In this document: positions 1 to 14,545 of the stretch, piece by piece
Layout: every line of letters starts with the position of its first letter
Numbering within the stretch: position 1 is the first letter of the stretch
Origin: Takakia lepidozioides
Lineage: Eukaryota; Plantae; Bryophyta
Assembly: GCA_030704615.1 (NCBI GenBank)
Contig: CM060734.1
Coordinates: forward strand, 35,836,001-35,900,000
Length of the DNA: 64,000 nt
Direction of reading: 5' to 3'
Made by a program: the position numbers and the translations under genes
Notes under the pieces: model-generated
The model's input: the letters and a program-made list of their open reading frames with translations, nothing else
What the model was told of the DNA's origin: nothing
The model's database searches: none

Positions 1-941
1 TACGGCCGGTCCAGCGATGTCGAGGGTCCCACGTGCGGGAAAGCTCGCTGGGCCCGGCGACCGGCATCCGGCAACCTGCACGCGGACAGCTACCGAGGGC
101 GGGCTCAGCCGCCATCACGGCGGGCCGGCGCCTCGCCGTCCGGCCGGCCTGGTTTCGCCATATATAGCCCGATCATCTCTTGAAAATAAACATATATTAA
201 AAGCTTTATGCACGTGCAGTGTAAATTTTGTAAATATTGGCAGTGACGTATTATTAATGCAACTTATCGTTGACCGCGGAGTATGACCCTGTCTGTCTCA
301 ATACTCATCAACCCGTGCAGGCCGGTATTGGTCGTCGACGAACGTACGGCGGTCGTGGATGTCAGTCATCGTCAGTCCTGGAGCCTGTCAGTCCGTCGAC
401 CCACGAACATGAGACGAGAAAGTCCGTTGCCGGTTGCGGTGGCCGGCAATAATGTTGGCGGGGCCAAAAGAACCGGCAACGAGATTCAGGTGGGGTTGTT
501 GACGCGTGCCAATCATGTCGCGCGTCGGCCCCACCGGTTGTTAAAGTTTCCGTTATCGTCCATTGCTTTCCCTTTCGGACTCTATCTGCGCACGTTGAGT
601 GGACAGGCAGTCCAGGTCGATTATTGCTGTTTGCCAACGATTTTGCGCATCAAAACATTGGCCCACGGTCGTTTTCATCTGGGCGCCCGATCTTTGCAGC
701 AGCGGATGGTTTGCTATGCTGCAAAGATGAGCACGTTCAGAATGTACGAGTAGGTACTCAGTACATTGAGAGCACGGAAGTACCTTCCTGCAGGTTAGTA
801 CCTGCACAGCCCAAGCTACACTCATTACTCCTCCTTTATGAGTTCAAATAGTGGCTCTAAATTCTCTTAAGGAGAAATGGCGAGATCTATTTTTGTTCAT
901 AATTACTTAAAATATCACAAAATCGTGCACTCATTTTATCT

Positions 942-1368
942 TTGAGATTTGTTTCCATCCTCTTCTATGTTGCTTTCCATCCATTTGTGAAGCTTGTTCT
1001 TATATTGACTCCTCCATAAAAGTTGTCTATAATTATATTATTATTATTGTGTTGAAGGAAACCTGGGAGCGACTGCTCACAATTCAAGCCCGTGAAGAAG
1101 GGGAAAAATTAACCCCCTTTCAGATAAGCCATTGGGCACACAGGTGGGAAACATCATCCGAGACCAACCGGTCACAAACAAGTCATACCCATAGGACAAA
1201 GTAGCAGGATTGGAACCCTGAATCACCAGGGTCTACTTTTTTTTTAAACAAAATTCACTATTCTGAAAAAATCACTTTGAGATTTTTTTTTCCATCCTCT
1301 TCATGGTTGCTTTTCATCCATTTGTGAAGCTTGTTCTCTAATATTGACTCCTCGATAAAAGTCGTCTA
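942..1368. repeat. Imperfect ~90-bp direct repeat (942-1030 and 1277-1368) on either side of a SINE copy
   Basis: ttgagattt...tccatcctcttc...tccatttgtgaagcttgttct...atattgactcctc.ataaaagt.gtctat occurs twice. Confidence 0.7.
1056..1235 (-). mobile_element. tRNA-derived SINE, degenerate copy
   Basis: Shares aaggaaacctgggagcgac...aaaaattaaccccctttca...gaaccc.gaa.caccaggg with the copies at 62869-63097 and (inverted) 14346-14545. Confidence 0.65.
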
Positions 1369-4300
1369 TTCATTGTTTGTCGCAGTAGGGCCTGAATAGG
1401 TGCCGGAGTAAATTTATAATATTTTCAAAATATTTATAACCCAGTGGAATAGAGACTATTTATTATTTACATTGTTGTCAACTTGTCAGTAGAATTTCCA
1501 GTTCCTATGTTTACACGCGACCTGTTGTTGTCTGCTTCCTTACTTAGCCCTTTAGTTCCCCATGGCTGTGCCCTCATTGATGTAACGCCGCATATCCTGT
1601 TCCCAACGTTAAATCCAAATTACGGGTCCGTTCCATTTTCCAAATAGACATATATATGTCGGTGTGTGCGTGTAAGAGCATCCGACAGACTCCGATGCCG
1701 AAACAGCAATATGGATGACAAATGGAAAATAGAAAACTGTAACAAGTCCTGGGTGGACCTTGTCTTTGAAAAAAGGGTCCAACAACACCCCACAACCACA
1801 AGAGGGCCTGAGTGGGAGAAGACAGTTCTAAATGAGGAATCGACAATGGACTTAAGAGCGATACATAGAACTTATTCCCCTCATTCGAGTGTCACTTCTT
1901 ACATTCGCACATTAAGTTCGTTTGAATGTATTTGCTGCAAACAAGAAAACGAGAGTGCAGAGGGCCCACTAAAAGCTACAAAACAGGTAAACCCAAAGGC
2001 GACAGGTTCCATACCGCAGAATGTCGCCCCCTCACATGGAGGACCTGCCTGCCGTAATGGCGGGTAGGTGGGCAGGCAAATCAATATCTGGACCCTCGCC
2101 CCGGGCCCCACCCCTCCACCCGACCTGGTCCCCTTTCTCGCAAGAGCTATCGTGTTTTCCTCGCCTTAATAGTTGCCTCCCATCCCAGGTGCTTCCACCC
2201 CTCATCCCGACTTCATCCTTACTTCATCCATCCGACATTCTTGGGACTTTCAAATGGACGGGTTACCGTTACGGCGACCCAGGTGTGACGCCCGGGAATC
2301 GTCCCAGCGACCCGGCGCAGTCCCACTTGCGTTATTTGGGAAATTGGGCCCCACTAATAATTCGGATTTAATAAACTAATAATAAACAGCTCACTCTATT
2401 GACCAGTCCCATCCATCCAGCGCCTGACAGTGAATGAATGACATTTCCTGTACTCACATTTCCTCATTCGATCGCTGTCGCGATATAGGCGCCATAACAG
2501 GGAATGGATGAAAGTTAGCTGGACGGAGCACGGATGGAGCGCGACCGCGATTCGCTGAGGTGACAGATCAGTGCTCACTTTTGTAAGTGCAATAATTGCC
2601 CTCGTGACGTACTCACCACACTAGCTAACCACAGTGGTTCCCGACTTCCCGTGTATTCTGGACATTTAGTGAGTCGGATAATCCGGGCGTACTTGAGCTA
2701 GAGTCGCTTTAATGAAGTGGGAAGCATCGTACATGGAGTACAGTGAATGGAGTCGCGACGCCGATGGGAATCGATCGCCGGACCAACCCGTACTTAGATG
2801 TATAGGCAGGGTACGATACCGGACCTGAATAGTACGATGGGTTACTATTTCGGGTCGTGGCTAACCGCGCGTGGGCTGGTTAGGTTAGCAGAGTAGCGAA
2901 TTAACGGGGAGTATTCCGGGGACGCAGACTGACAGTGGAGAGGCAGTGCAGAGGAAGATTGATGAGCGTGCGAGGTGGAGCAGCGCCGTGGAGTGCAGAG
3001 ATGAGATGAGAGGGACATGATGATGCGCAAGGCAGTCGTGGCGGATGTGGATGCAGGTAGACCTAGGCAGGCCTGAATTGGCGTGAAGCATTGTGGAGAT
3101 TTGGTCGGTGTGAGAGGAAGAGGAGATAGCCAAGCATTCTGAGGGAGGATTGTGTGTGTGGGGCTGAAGAATCTAAGGTCTGTCGCATGTTGGTGTCCTT
3201 ACTGCCGGAGAGCTAATATTGAACTTTCTTGTGTTTTCCACTGAGCGCTGAAGGCGTGAGTCGGTATACATTTCATGGTGTTTGGTTGTTCCATTGGCGT
3301 GCGTGAAAGTGTTTATAGCCTCGTTCATATTTATCATCGTTGAGACAGTGGAGAGAAAGGAAGTAAGAGGACGCAGTGGTTGTTATCTACAGGTTGACAA
3401 TCGGGAAGCTTCTCAAGTGGTAGTAAGTTCGTGCACTTTGATGCTTGTCTCTGCTTGGTTTCTGGAGGATATTTATGAGTTGTGAGGAAGAGTTGCTGCC
3501 TCAAATGAGACGCCGGCTTCATCCTTTCTCACGTTCTGTTTTAACTTACGTGGCCTCTGGTGTCTCTAGTGGCAAGAGTCCGGGTGGTGTAGTAATTTCT
3601 GTCTGCCCATGTTGATCTCCTTTCTTTTTTTTCGGGTTTCACCACGGACAACAGTCGCGTCTCACTCTCGGCTGGCCAATTGCCGGATCACTGTCAGTTC
3701 GTCTCCTACAGTTGGAAGGAAAACATTCTCAGTGCTCTAGGAACTGAACTTATTGTACTCTCTGCTTGCATGTAGCGCTTTCCAGCGATAATAGAGTCTC
3801 GGTGTTAGAACTGGCCCGTTGGAACTAATCATCTGGCAGTTCTCAGAGAAATGAGAGCTCTCGGATGGAGACTGCGGCAGTTAATTTAATGGTCCTTTGT
3901 CAACAGGGTGGGATAACGCAGGCGATTACTACCTACTTATTTCTTTGAGAATATGCGGTGGTTACTCTTCGTACAACATTGGTTATGCTCTAAGGCAGTG
4001 TGAACGCTTTGCGACTGCAGGAATTGCGGTTGTACCTACTAATGCCCAGGAATCTTTCATGAGAACATGCAGCAGACTGTTGCGGACTGTGTAGGGCAGT
4101 GGAGAGCTTCTGTGATTAAATTCTTGGGCACCCTCTTTTTTCTCCATGCATGCACCTGGCTCAACCCAGCTTAATCTCCCACCAATCGGTCGTGTTATCC
4201 TTCCTGTAGGTGATAATAGAGTTGGTGATTACGTGTGGAGGCTACAATGAAGATTGCTGAGTGTACAAGTGGCTGCCGATGACATTGTTTGACTTCACCT

Positions 4301-5484
4301 TCACTCAATGCCCATGTCTAGCTCCAGGTTTGTCTTTTCGATGTCTATCTCTACTCAGATTTGGGGGTGTTTCCTATGGTCTGCCTGTTTTGTCTCCTTT
4401 CGAATCTCAACGTCAACACTGTTGATCTCAATTTTGAGCTCCATGTCCGGCTGTTAACTTTCTGCTTTTTTCTCCACCACTTCCTTATTGGGCAAGTAGT
4501 TGCCCGAATTTAAGGAAGGTTGATCCATCTAGTCTAAACAACTGCTCGGACCTTGACTAGGATAGAGGTCTCTGAATAGCTGACAGTATCTGCTGTCCTC
4601 TTAAGGTGACCTATTCTGTTTGCCTGCCCCGGAGGCATACTTCCTGAATTGGCCTTGAGAGGGTCCAAAGCCCAGCTGAGAGTCCATGGCGATCTTGACA
4701 AGTATGAGAATTGTCCGAGTAGAAGTGAAGCTTGGGTAAGCTTATGCTTTGGATGTCCTTTGCACATGTCACTCCCAAGATCCCCATCTCATGTTTCTCT
4801 GGACCACTATGCCCTGTTCCTACTTGCGACATGAAATACAAGGTTCTTGCTGCCACAGCTGATGGTTTAGCAGTGACCAATGTCTGCTGGTAAAGTGACA
4901 GTGTGAGCATGAATGGATGTGGAGAGACATAGCACTTCACCCATCAGGAACTGGAAAAGTTGCAAAGCTTCAGGAGAATATTTACGAGTGTTCCTCCATA
5001 GCAATCATATCCATGTAATGGCACCTTTGAATACATGATGACTATTTGGCATAACATTTTCCTCACCTAAACTGGTGTTAGACAGACAGGGGGCATGGCA
5101 AAGAAATCACATTGCTAGATTTCCAGTGAGAAACATGTTTATTGTGTTTGACTTTGATTTTGTTACATAACATATTTAGACCTTATTTATGTATGTGGGT
5201 CTATCCTCTCCTGTCATTTGGGTGTCTGGATCTTCTTTTAGATCAATATTGCAGGGTTGTGAGTTAGATTCAATGTGCCAAAATGATGCTAAATTTCCTT
5301 GGGTTCGGCTGTGGCATGCAGGAAATAACGAGGAGAAGGTCTGGAAGACCGGGTTGAGATCCACTGCTGGGTGGTAGACCAGGCAAGAAAGGGGAGGAAC
5401 CCATCACACGCAAAGAGGGGTTGTGGTTCTCCGGGGATGTACCTCGACTCTCCCACCAAGACTTTACAGAGTCCCTTGTTGAAA

Positions 5485-8299
5485 ATGCCTCCGTCCATGC
5501 AGGACAATTTTCCTTCGACACCTGGCAAGGTCTGCCTTTCTCTTCTCGCTATCTTAATTTGATCAATTTTTGTGCTAGAAGGTGGTGAAACTGTGTTATC
5601 TTGAAAGTAATGAAGACTTCAGCAGCTCCGAGTCTGTGAGGATGCTAAACATGTGGTATAGTAGAGCCAGCCTGTAATTGTGGCTGGCAGGCCACAGCTG
5701 TGTGTTAAAAGACCTGTGCAAGATATTTTACATGTGAGTGGAGTTTATCAACAATATGCAGCAGCATATTAATACTAGTTGATTCTCCAATCACAACACT
5801 CCCTTCTGGCTCTTGCTTCCAGTCTAACTGAGGGAGGGAGAGACAGAAGTAGATGTATGCAGCTCCCTGTGATTGTTGGCTTTGACATGCTCTCCAGGCT
5901 TGGTCACTATCTGGTACAAAGCCTTCTGGAGTTAGTCTTGGGGTTTTGAGCCACCAGGATATCTATGAGCTTAATGCCGACACTCGACCACCTGTTCCAA
6001 CCATATCTTTCTAATGGATAGCATAGATGAATGAGAGAACCATATTTGCCCTCACTGAGGAGAAAAGACAACAAGCCAGATATTTCTGGGTCCTCACCTG
6101 ACCTGACATCTGGCCCTCCACTTTAAAGTAACCCTTACACGTCTTTTGTCGGTGAATCACTGTTGGGACAGGCTTCTTAATCTATGATAGGGTGTATGTG
6201 AGCATGGGTTACCTTCATGGTCAAGCATTATCTGGAGAGTGCTGTGATGAATGGGCAGAGCAAGTTGGAAAGTACCTCGTTCCACACAGATAGATGTCAT
6301 TAGTTACATGAAAGTTTATAAATACGTCACCCATGGGAGAACCCTCAGCAATTTCCTCGTAGTAGAGGGCAGGAGGGTTGGTGTGGGGATGGTTAGGACG
6401 GGGTGAGCAAGAGTGCTTAAAACGTCCTGCAAATTTTCATACAGGAGAAGATGGAGCGAAGTAACTACTTTGGCCGGGTGGCATCACGGTGGCATTCAAC
6501 GGCATCAGCAAGGCTTCTTGCCTGCTCAGCAATTCTTCTTGCGTTGACCCTTTTTGTGTTTTTGCGAATGACCTCTTCGGGTGTTGGGGATGCCTACATC
6601 AGCCATACTGTACGTGTCTTCAAATCAAATCACATGTGGGAGAAAAGGGTGAGGCAATCCTGCCTCCCAAAGAGAGAGGACAACGGGTTGGTGGTGTTGG
6701 TGACAGGTGCTGCAGGTTTTGTGGGCACCCATGTGACTCTGGCGTTGAAGAAAAGGGGGGATGGAGTTGTGGGACTCGACAACTTTAACAGCTACTATGA
6801 GATTTCTCTAAAGCGATCTCGACAAGAACTCCTGGAGAGACATGGTGTGTTTGTGGTTGAGGGGGATATCAACGATGAGCTTCTATTGAAAACCCTGTTT
6901 GACTTGGTGCAGTTCACACATGTGATGCATCTTGCGGCCCAGGCTGGTGTGCGGTATGCCATGCAAAACCCAGGTTCCTATGTTCACAGCAACATTGCCG
7001 GTTTGGTCAACATATTTGAGGTCTGCAAGGCAGCGAACCCACAACCGGCGATTGTCTGGGCGTCATCAAGCTCTGTGTATGGATTGAACACAAAGGTAGG
7101 AGCATGGGGAAAGGGGGTGAGAGAAGAAGAGAATGTACTCAGAAGACAACGTACTCTCTAGCCTTTTAGCCTTAGACCCCACACCCAGTTTGGGCGGAAC
7201 TGAGGGAAGAGAGATGGTGAAAGAGGAAATTTCGTACAAAAGGCGAGAGAAAGAATGAAGAAACTTATTTTGGCCATTGGAGGCCCAGAGGCCAATTGGA
7301 CCCAGTAGACACACAGAAACCAAGAAGTTAACCCCAACACATCACAAAAATGATAGACAAATGAAAGAATCTCAATAATATCCAAAAAATGCTCAAAACA
7401 TTTATGGGAAAGAAAGAGAAGAACTAAAGCCGATAAGTAGTGGCAGATACAATGTCAGTCAAAGGTCCCACAGCCAAACAGGTTGCCTTTTGTGCCTCCA
7501 GCCTTTTGTACTTGTAGCCTTTTGCAACGTGTAGGTCATGATGATAGTAGTTGAAACTGGTGATCGACCTGTGTTTCTCTCTAGGACTGTGAAAATCCTC
7601 TCCTTGCTCTCTCTGAAGGTGAACTACATTGTGGAACATTTGCAGGTGCCCTTCTCAGAAAGTGACCGAACTGACCAGCCTGCAAGTCTTTATGCCGCCA
7701 CAAAGAAGGCAGGGGAGGAGATTGCGCATACTTACAATCATATTTATGGTCTTTCAATTACTGGACTTCGCTTCTTCACTGTCTACGGGCCATGGGGTCG
7801 ACCAGACATGGCTTACTTCTCCTTCACGCGTGATATCCTGCGGGGGGCACCTATCAACATCTACCAGGGTCCTAAAGACCAAGACCTGGCCCGTGATTTT
7901 ACGTACATTGATGACATCGTAAGAGGATGTGTGGCATCACTTGATACAGCAGAGAAGAGCACTGGCAGCGGAGGTAAAAAGACTGGCCCAGCTCAATTAC
8001 GGGTGTTCAACCTAGGTAACACCTCGCCTGTTACGGTGCCTGCACTGGTTGATATCCTTGAAAAGTACCTCAAAGTGAAAGCCAAGAGACAGGTGGTCAA
8101 AATGCCACGCAATGGGGATGTTCCTTTCACACACGCCAATATCTCGTTTGCACAATCCCAACTTCACTACAAGCCAGTCACAAATCTGGACACGGGGCTG
8201 AGAAAATTTGTCAAATGGTATCAGAGCTACTATGGCACACCCAATGGTGACCGTAGTCGCCACAGGTTGTGGTTAGGAGATAATGAACAAATTATTTAA
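5485..8299 (+). CDS. GAE: UDP-glucuronate 4-epimerase; exons 5485-5529, 6445-7095, 7646-8299
   Basis: Spliced product MPPSMQDNFPSTPGK|EKMERSNY..., TM anchor, VLVTGAAGFVG (NAD-binding), HLAAQAGVRY, WASSSSVYGLNTK|VPFSE, YAATKK, FFTVYGPWGRPDMAYF. Both introns are GT-AG, phase 0. Confidence 0.95.
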
Positions 8300-10052
8300 A
8301 TGTCTGAGCATGTCTCTGCTGTTGTAGATAGTCTTTACTCAAAGAGATTAAGGGAGCGGGGAGAGGGGTCGAGAAGATCTTCTGATCAGCTGGTTGGGAA
8401 ATCAAATGTCTCCTAATACAAAGCGAAACCGAAGCTGACATTGAGACTGTGTTCAAGTTCACTGAAGGGCTGGCTCACCGAAGGAGGAATTATTCCTGAC
8501 AAACTTGAGAGACGGATGACTCCTCATGGTGGCAGGCAATTCAACAGGCCTGTCACTCTTTGATAACCCTCGGTACATATAACCCTGCCACCAATTGTAC
8601 TGTGTTGTTTCTTTTCCTGTTCTTCTAAGTGATTCTGTGCAGCTCCTCTTGCACATGTGAAAGTTTCCATGCCCTTTGTGGCCTCCTTTTGTGTATCACA
8701 TATTTGGTGCAGTTGTGGGACATGAACGGAGTATAGCTTCTATAGATACCAATTGACCAGATACGTGCTTTATGTAAGACTATGTGGACAGCTTTGTGAT
8801 GAAATGATGTTTGACTTGCAAAGGACATAAAAATGAGTCTTAGTTCTCACTTGTGATGAGAACTTGCTCAGTCACTGTCCAGACTAGAAGATATGACAGC
8901 TTTTGAAACTTTGAAATCATGTTTAATAGGATGTTAATTTTTATACAACCCAAGTCTTCTCTCTTTAGCCTGTGGAATTCTTTTGATGTCATTTTTAGCT
9001 TCAACAATCAAATTAAAGAAAATGAGTGTTATATGGAAATTTGATTTCTGTTATATCTTTTGGTTCCCTTTTGGTAATACTAAGAACCTCCTGTTCGGAA
9101 TACTAGCAAGATTTATGTCCTACGGTTCCGGATACTAGTAAAAACCTCAAAGAGCCGTATCTGACAGCTTTTTCACAGATCTTGGAAGGAATATTTGATC
9201 AGGGATACGGTTGGCGTACATATTCACTCCAATTTCATATAAAATCGGCCGTAATCGCATATCGCATAGTAATGGAATACAGAATAGTGCGTCGGAGATA
9301 TAATTTCCAGCAGAATCTTCCTTAACCTTGAATTCGGATAGCGTGACATAATAAAAATGCAGATGGGCATAAAAGGCTCGTTGGTCGTTATACCACCCAC
9401 ATGATGTTGCTAAGAAGGTTACAATGAAGACCAATCCACCTCTACACTTCAACTTCTGGTGTCAATAGTTTCTCTTCTAGAAAATAGATCTAAACTCTCT
9501 CCCTCTATGTTTTGCAAGCTCTTCCTATTGCATATGTGGGCCCATAACCTATTGATGCACAGTAGAAGAAGAACACAACAACACAAAGATAATCGAATGA
9601 TAGAGTGCTTAGAGCAAGAGGATGCTCATGCATTGCCTCGAACCACTACACTAAGCAACAATATAGAATCGATAGTAGTACAAAGCGGGAGACGACTAAG
9701 TAGATCCAATTTGAATCATCTAATTGAGCCTAGGCGGGAAATGCATGTGCACTCGATTGTGACAAGTGTCGCATGATTAGGTATGTTTCCGTGATCGTAA
9801 CCTCAATTGGTCCAAGATAGTCTTCATCTAGTATTGAGCCCTAATTTGTAACAGGGCAAATTCTTGTTTTGCTGTTTTCTCAAACTCTTCTCAAAGAGAT
9901 ACTCAACCTTAGCATTAGAGTTCAGATCTTTGCGTTGTAGTCCATAGCTTTAGAGTTCAGATCTTTGCGCAGGTCTCTGCGGGGCCACTGATTTCAGCAG
10001 TGTTGTGCCACGATTCTGTGCAGAAACTGAGGGCAGATCAGGATGGACAGGG

Positions 10053-10347
10053 TTAGGCTGTTGACGACATGTTGAAGGTTGTGAAGGACTGTAGAGGGTG
10101 TGCACGGCCATCAAGTTCGTTTCTAATCTCCCGCCTACAGAAGATGGTAAGTTGATGTTGTTCTACATACCAATTTAGGGTTAACTCTTTCACCTTCTGT
10201 ACGTGAGAGATTAGAAACTGCTCTAGCTTTTTCAAAATCTTAACCAGGATTCGTATGGTTTCATCGGAGACATGGCCCTTGTCATCTGCCGAAGGCATAG
10301 AGAACAGCACGTCGACAAGGTTGGCGATTGATGCAGTATTACTCCTT
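10053..10347 (-). pseudogene. 3' part of an unknown ORF interrupted by the Copia insertion
   Basis: Removing 10353-28350 and one TSD copy joins ...KELLGH (28351 side) in frame to ERSNTASIANLVDVLFSMPSADDK...SSTA*. Confidence 0.6.
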
Positions 10348-10352
10348 TCACG

Positions 10353-10620
10353 TGTTGGAATATTATCATCTTACCTATTCAGACACGACTTTATGTTGAA
10401 GACATGATAAGATTAATATCGGGACACATTACATACTATCTGAGCTCATGAGAGCTTCACTCAGTCTCTCATCTCTAGACTAGTACCTCTCTTGTGTGTA
10501 GACTACCACCGAGCTTCACACCCTTAGTATCATGGACACGAAGAGTGAGATGTAACTACAACAACCTACTCACAGACTCCTACCAATGTAATGACAGAGA
10601 ATTTATCATTCATCTCTTCA
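10353..10620 (-). repeat. Copia 3' LTR
   Basis: tgttgg...cattcatctcttca, near-identical to 28113-28350 apart from a ~30-bp indel; followed by ctccc (reverse-complement PPT). Confidence 0.9.
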
Positions 10621-10849
10621 CTCCCATTAATGCTATGTCATATATCCTTAATTAATACTATCAATCTTCTTCTGAGTAGGGCCCACCCTCGACAGGGGCT
10701 ACCACCCTCGACAGGGGCAGTAGCCGTGAGGCGAAGTGGCTCTTAGTTACGCCGGGCCCGGCCGGAGTCCTCTCTCTCTCTCTTCTTCTGAGCCTTTCTT
10801 CAGCTTCTTGGTCCACATAAGTCCCGGCTGCTGAAGACAAAAAATGTGT

Positions 10850-12830
10850 TTGTTTCTTGGAACACTTTTGGTTAAGAAATCAGCAGCCATATCCGAAGTG
10901 GAAATATACATCAAAGTCACGATCGGTTCTGTATGTAATGGTACTGAGTTTCTATGTGCTTGCTCCTGGCATAATACTTAGGATTCTCTGATAGAGCAAT
11001 AGCACTTTGATTATCTCCATAAATGATTGTAGGCTTTACTTGAGCAAACCCTAGATTCGTCAACAGTCTTCTCAACCATACAGCTTCAGAAGATGCCTTT
11101 GACAACGCCATGTATTCAGACTCGGTACTTGATAGAGCGTCCAACTCACCGTTCCTACAACTAGTTTGAAACAGTATCCTAAAGTTGATTGTCGTGAATC
11201 AACGTCCCTAGCCCAGTCAGCATCTGAAAACCTTACCATCACATCTCTTTCCTTAGACTGAATGTACTGAATCCCAATGTTTGAGGTATCTTAGAACCTG
11301 TTTTAGCGCTTGCCCATGTTTCTCCCCTGGATTTGACAAAAATTGAGCTGAACTCCCCACTGCATATGCACAGTCAACTCTGGTGTTCACTATAGAATGC
11401 ATTAGACACCCAACAGCTTGTGAGTAAGGTACTCCTCTCATCTGTGCTTTATCTGCTTCAGCTTGCGGGCAATCTTCTTTGGTAAGTTTCTCTTTTGTCT
11501 CCATAGGCATACTCATTGGCTTGCATTGCTCCATTTTAAATCAATGTAAGACTTCAATTAAATACTTTTCTTGCACCATCCGGATCCATTCTTCTCCATG
11601 TAGATCTCTTCCTCTATGATGTCGTTTAAGTAGGTTGTCTTCACATCTAACTGTTGTACTTTTAGGTCAAAAGCAGCCAATGCAAGGATAACTCGTATTG
11701 AGGCCAATTTTACTACAAGTGAGAAAGTCTCATTGTAGTCAACTCCTAAGATCGAGAACCCTTTTGCTACAAGTCTCGCTTTGTATCTGTCCACCTCTCC
11801 ATCAGATTTAAACTTCACCTTGAACGACCACTTGCATCCGCTTTTCCTGTTTGTTGGAAGTGTTGTGATCGTCCATGTTTCGTTCTTCTTCAAAGATTGT
11901 AGTTCAGATTCTATCGTCTTTTTCCAGTAAATTGAATCTGCTCCAGTCAGGGCTTCTTCTAAAGTAGTAGGTTCTTTGATAGATGTTTGTGATAGGAGTG
12001 TTTTCCAAGGTTTTCTCCCTTCTATTGTCTCTATGAGCCTATCAAGTTTCTTTCTATTCCTTACAGGTCTCTTTGGCATAGGTGAGGGAGATTTCCCTCC
12101 TTGTGTGTGTGATCTATGTATAAGATCTCGTGCACTTAATGGTGAACTATCTTGCCCACTTGAAGGAGTAAGTGCTCTTGTTATTTCCTCTATTTGTTCA
12201 TAAGGAGGTTGTGAGTGTCTACTACTCGAACATGCACTCATGGTTGGTGTTGTAGGTGTTGCTCCCACAACTCGACTCAATACTGGTTGTGATGATATCT
12301 GAGATTGTACTAATGAATTTGTGTGTTTCTTTGTGGGATTTTAGACACTTGACCATGGTTTGGGTATTGTTTAACGAAAGATGTGTTCAAGAGTAGCTCA
12401 TCTATCATTGATGGATCTTCCTCTTCTTTTTCTTCTCTCACTGTCTAAGAACTAGTTTCTATAAACACCACATCTCTCGAGATTATTATCTTTCTATTAG
12501 ACTTTGACACTAATCTATATCCTTTTGTTTCATCACTGTAGCCCAAGAAAATACACTCTATTGTGTGTGTATCTAATTTTTGCGTATTATCTTTTTGGAC
12601 TAATGCAAAAGCCTTACACCCAAATACCTTTAAATGAGAGAGATTAGGTTTAACCGTGTCCATGTCTATAGGTGTTTTGTGTTCTTTTAATGCTTTTGTA
12701 GGTGATCTGTTCTGTAGATAGTTTGTTGTCCTCAAAGTTTCTCCACAGTATGAGTTACTTACACCAAAGTGATGTAACGTTGCCAAGACTGAGCCCATTA
12801 AGGTTCTATTCTTCCTCTCCGAGACTGAGG
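10850..12830 (-). pseudogene. Copia pol remnant (integrase C-terminus, reverse transcriptase, RNase H), frameshifted
   Basis: HLKVFGCKAF...CIFLGYS; KWSFKVK...RYKARLVAKGF...QLDVKTTYLN; YSQAVGCLM; ALSSTESEYMA...GDNQSAIALSENP...SKHIE. Confidence 0.92.
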
Positions 12831-13922
12831 TGTATTAGCTATGGTAAATTATCTTTTGTTTTTATTTATTATTTATTATTTATTTGCTAATACATTTTAA
12901 TTAATTAATATAATATTCCACGTGGACGAGTGCAGTGGTACATTGTGAGTGGTTATAGACACCTCAGTGATGGGAAGTGGTTGAAACCACTTGCTACTCC
13001 ACGTGTAATAATTCAAATTTTATTTATGATTTATTATTTGGAAATATATTTTAATTCATAAATATAATATATCCACGTGGACGGGGACAGTGCACGTTGA
13101 TCTTGAGTGGTTAAAGACACCTCATTGATTTGTACCACTTTGACAGTGGTGAAGAGTGGGTGGTGAAAGATACTGCAGTAATGGGAACCACTATGCTAGT
13201 GGTTGCTCATGAATAGTTGCCTACACAACAGTGATTGATACCACTTTTTGGGTGATACATGAAAAACTTTAAGTGGTTTGTGTAGCTGTGACAGACTTTG
13301 AAAAACAGACAAGTGGCCAGACCATTGTGGGATGATGCTATTGAACAAATGGTTCCAACAATAAACTTTATTCTGAATCTGAAACATAGTCGTCACCCTC
13401 TGAATCACTTTGCTCAACTGGAATAGCGGTTGGTTGCACAAATGCCGCTTGAATGGTAGCCAACATAGCCAGGTCTTCTTTATTTAGAGCCGTGGGACCA
13501 TCTGATGACCTAGGTATTGGCTGATCTGATAAGGTAGACGTCGATTGGCACGCCACTCATCACCACATGCCTCTCTGTCTGCTGTGAACTGTGTCTTCTC
13601 TGTTGCATACTTTTTGTCACAAAATGACAACAAAAATGACACATGTTAGCAATGAAATATTGCATTACTTAGCAAAAAATACCTAGCATGAATGATACTT
13701 TGAAAACCACTGTTTCAAACCACTGGAGGAGTGAGCAGAATGACTTGTAAATGAACATTCTCTTCCAACAAGTCACTCACTCAGACATTCCGTTACTACA
13801 GCATTGGTTATAATCAGGATGAACCACTGACATTTGTGACTTTGTGGGTGGTTTGATTACACTGGTAACAGTCAGAATTGAAATTGAACTTGATATGAAT
13901 AAGGTGCAATGAAAAGAAGTAC

Positions 13923-14260
13923 TCACTGCGCCCAAAGAGCCATGACATTGGTATTGTTCAGCACATACAAAATTTGTGCTGCATCTCTCCCAGCTCCAAT
14001 CATGTCCCGCTTTTTGCCGACACATTCGAAGACCTCGTCCTCAACCCCTTCCTCTGCATTTGCATCCCAAGTCCGCTGTTCAGTTGCATCAAATGATTGC
14101 ATATACTCAGTCATGAACCCCATGGCCTCATCCAGAACATACCCTGCAGTCGTACTCCCTTCTGGCTTTGCGTAATTCCTAACGTATCCCTTAAGATCTT
14201 TCATGTAACGCTCCATGGGATACATCCACCGTGAAGACACCGGATGAACAATTTGTTTAT
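13923..14260 (-). pseudogene. CACTA transposase fragment (DUF4218-like)
   Basis: HPVSSRWMYPMERYMKDLKGYVRNYAKPEGS...GYVLDEAMGF matches the WMYPxERxMxxLKxYVRNxAxPEGS motif. Confidence 0.85.
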
Positions 14261-14345
14261 CTCCATGGAATACATCTATGTGCTCACTTGTAACCACTAA
14301 AATGAATTTTAAAAAAAAAATCAAAGTGCAAAAGATTTTTAAAAA

Positions 14346-14545
14346 GCACATCGGCTGGTAAGTGCAGAGTGTGTCGCCCTGGTGGTTCAGGGTTCAAACC
14401 TGTGCATGACTCCATGTGTGGGATTGTTTGTAACGACGGTATGTCTGGGTGTTGATCCTCCTGTAGGTCTCATAGCCCATAAATGAAAGGGGGTTAATTT
14501 TTCCCCCTCCTCAAGGGCCTGAGGTTTCCTTTAAAAAAAAATTAT
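14346..14545 (+). mobile_element. tRNA-derived SINE copy with A-rich tail
   Basis: B-box ggttcaaacc; body is the reverse complement of 62892-63097; ends aggtttcctttaaaaaaaaa. Confidence 0.7.

Noticed and set aside
12900-13190. Repeated ccacgtggacg/accact/agtggt motifs (also 16357-16649) resembling a CRISPR array
   Set aside because: Irregular spacing, eukaryotic context and adjacent CACTA transposase; best explained as subterminal repeats
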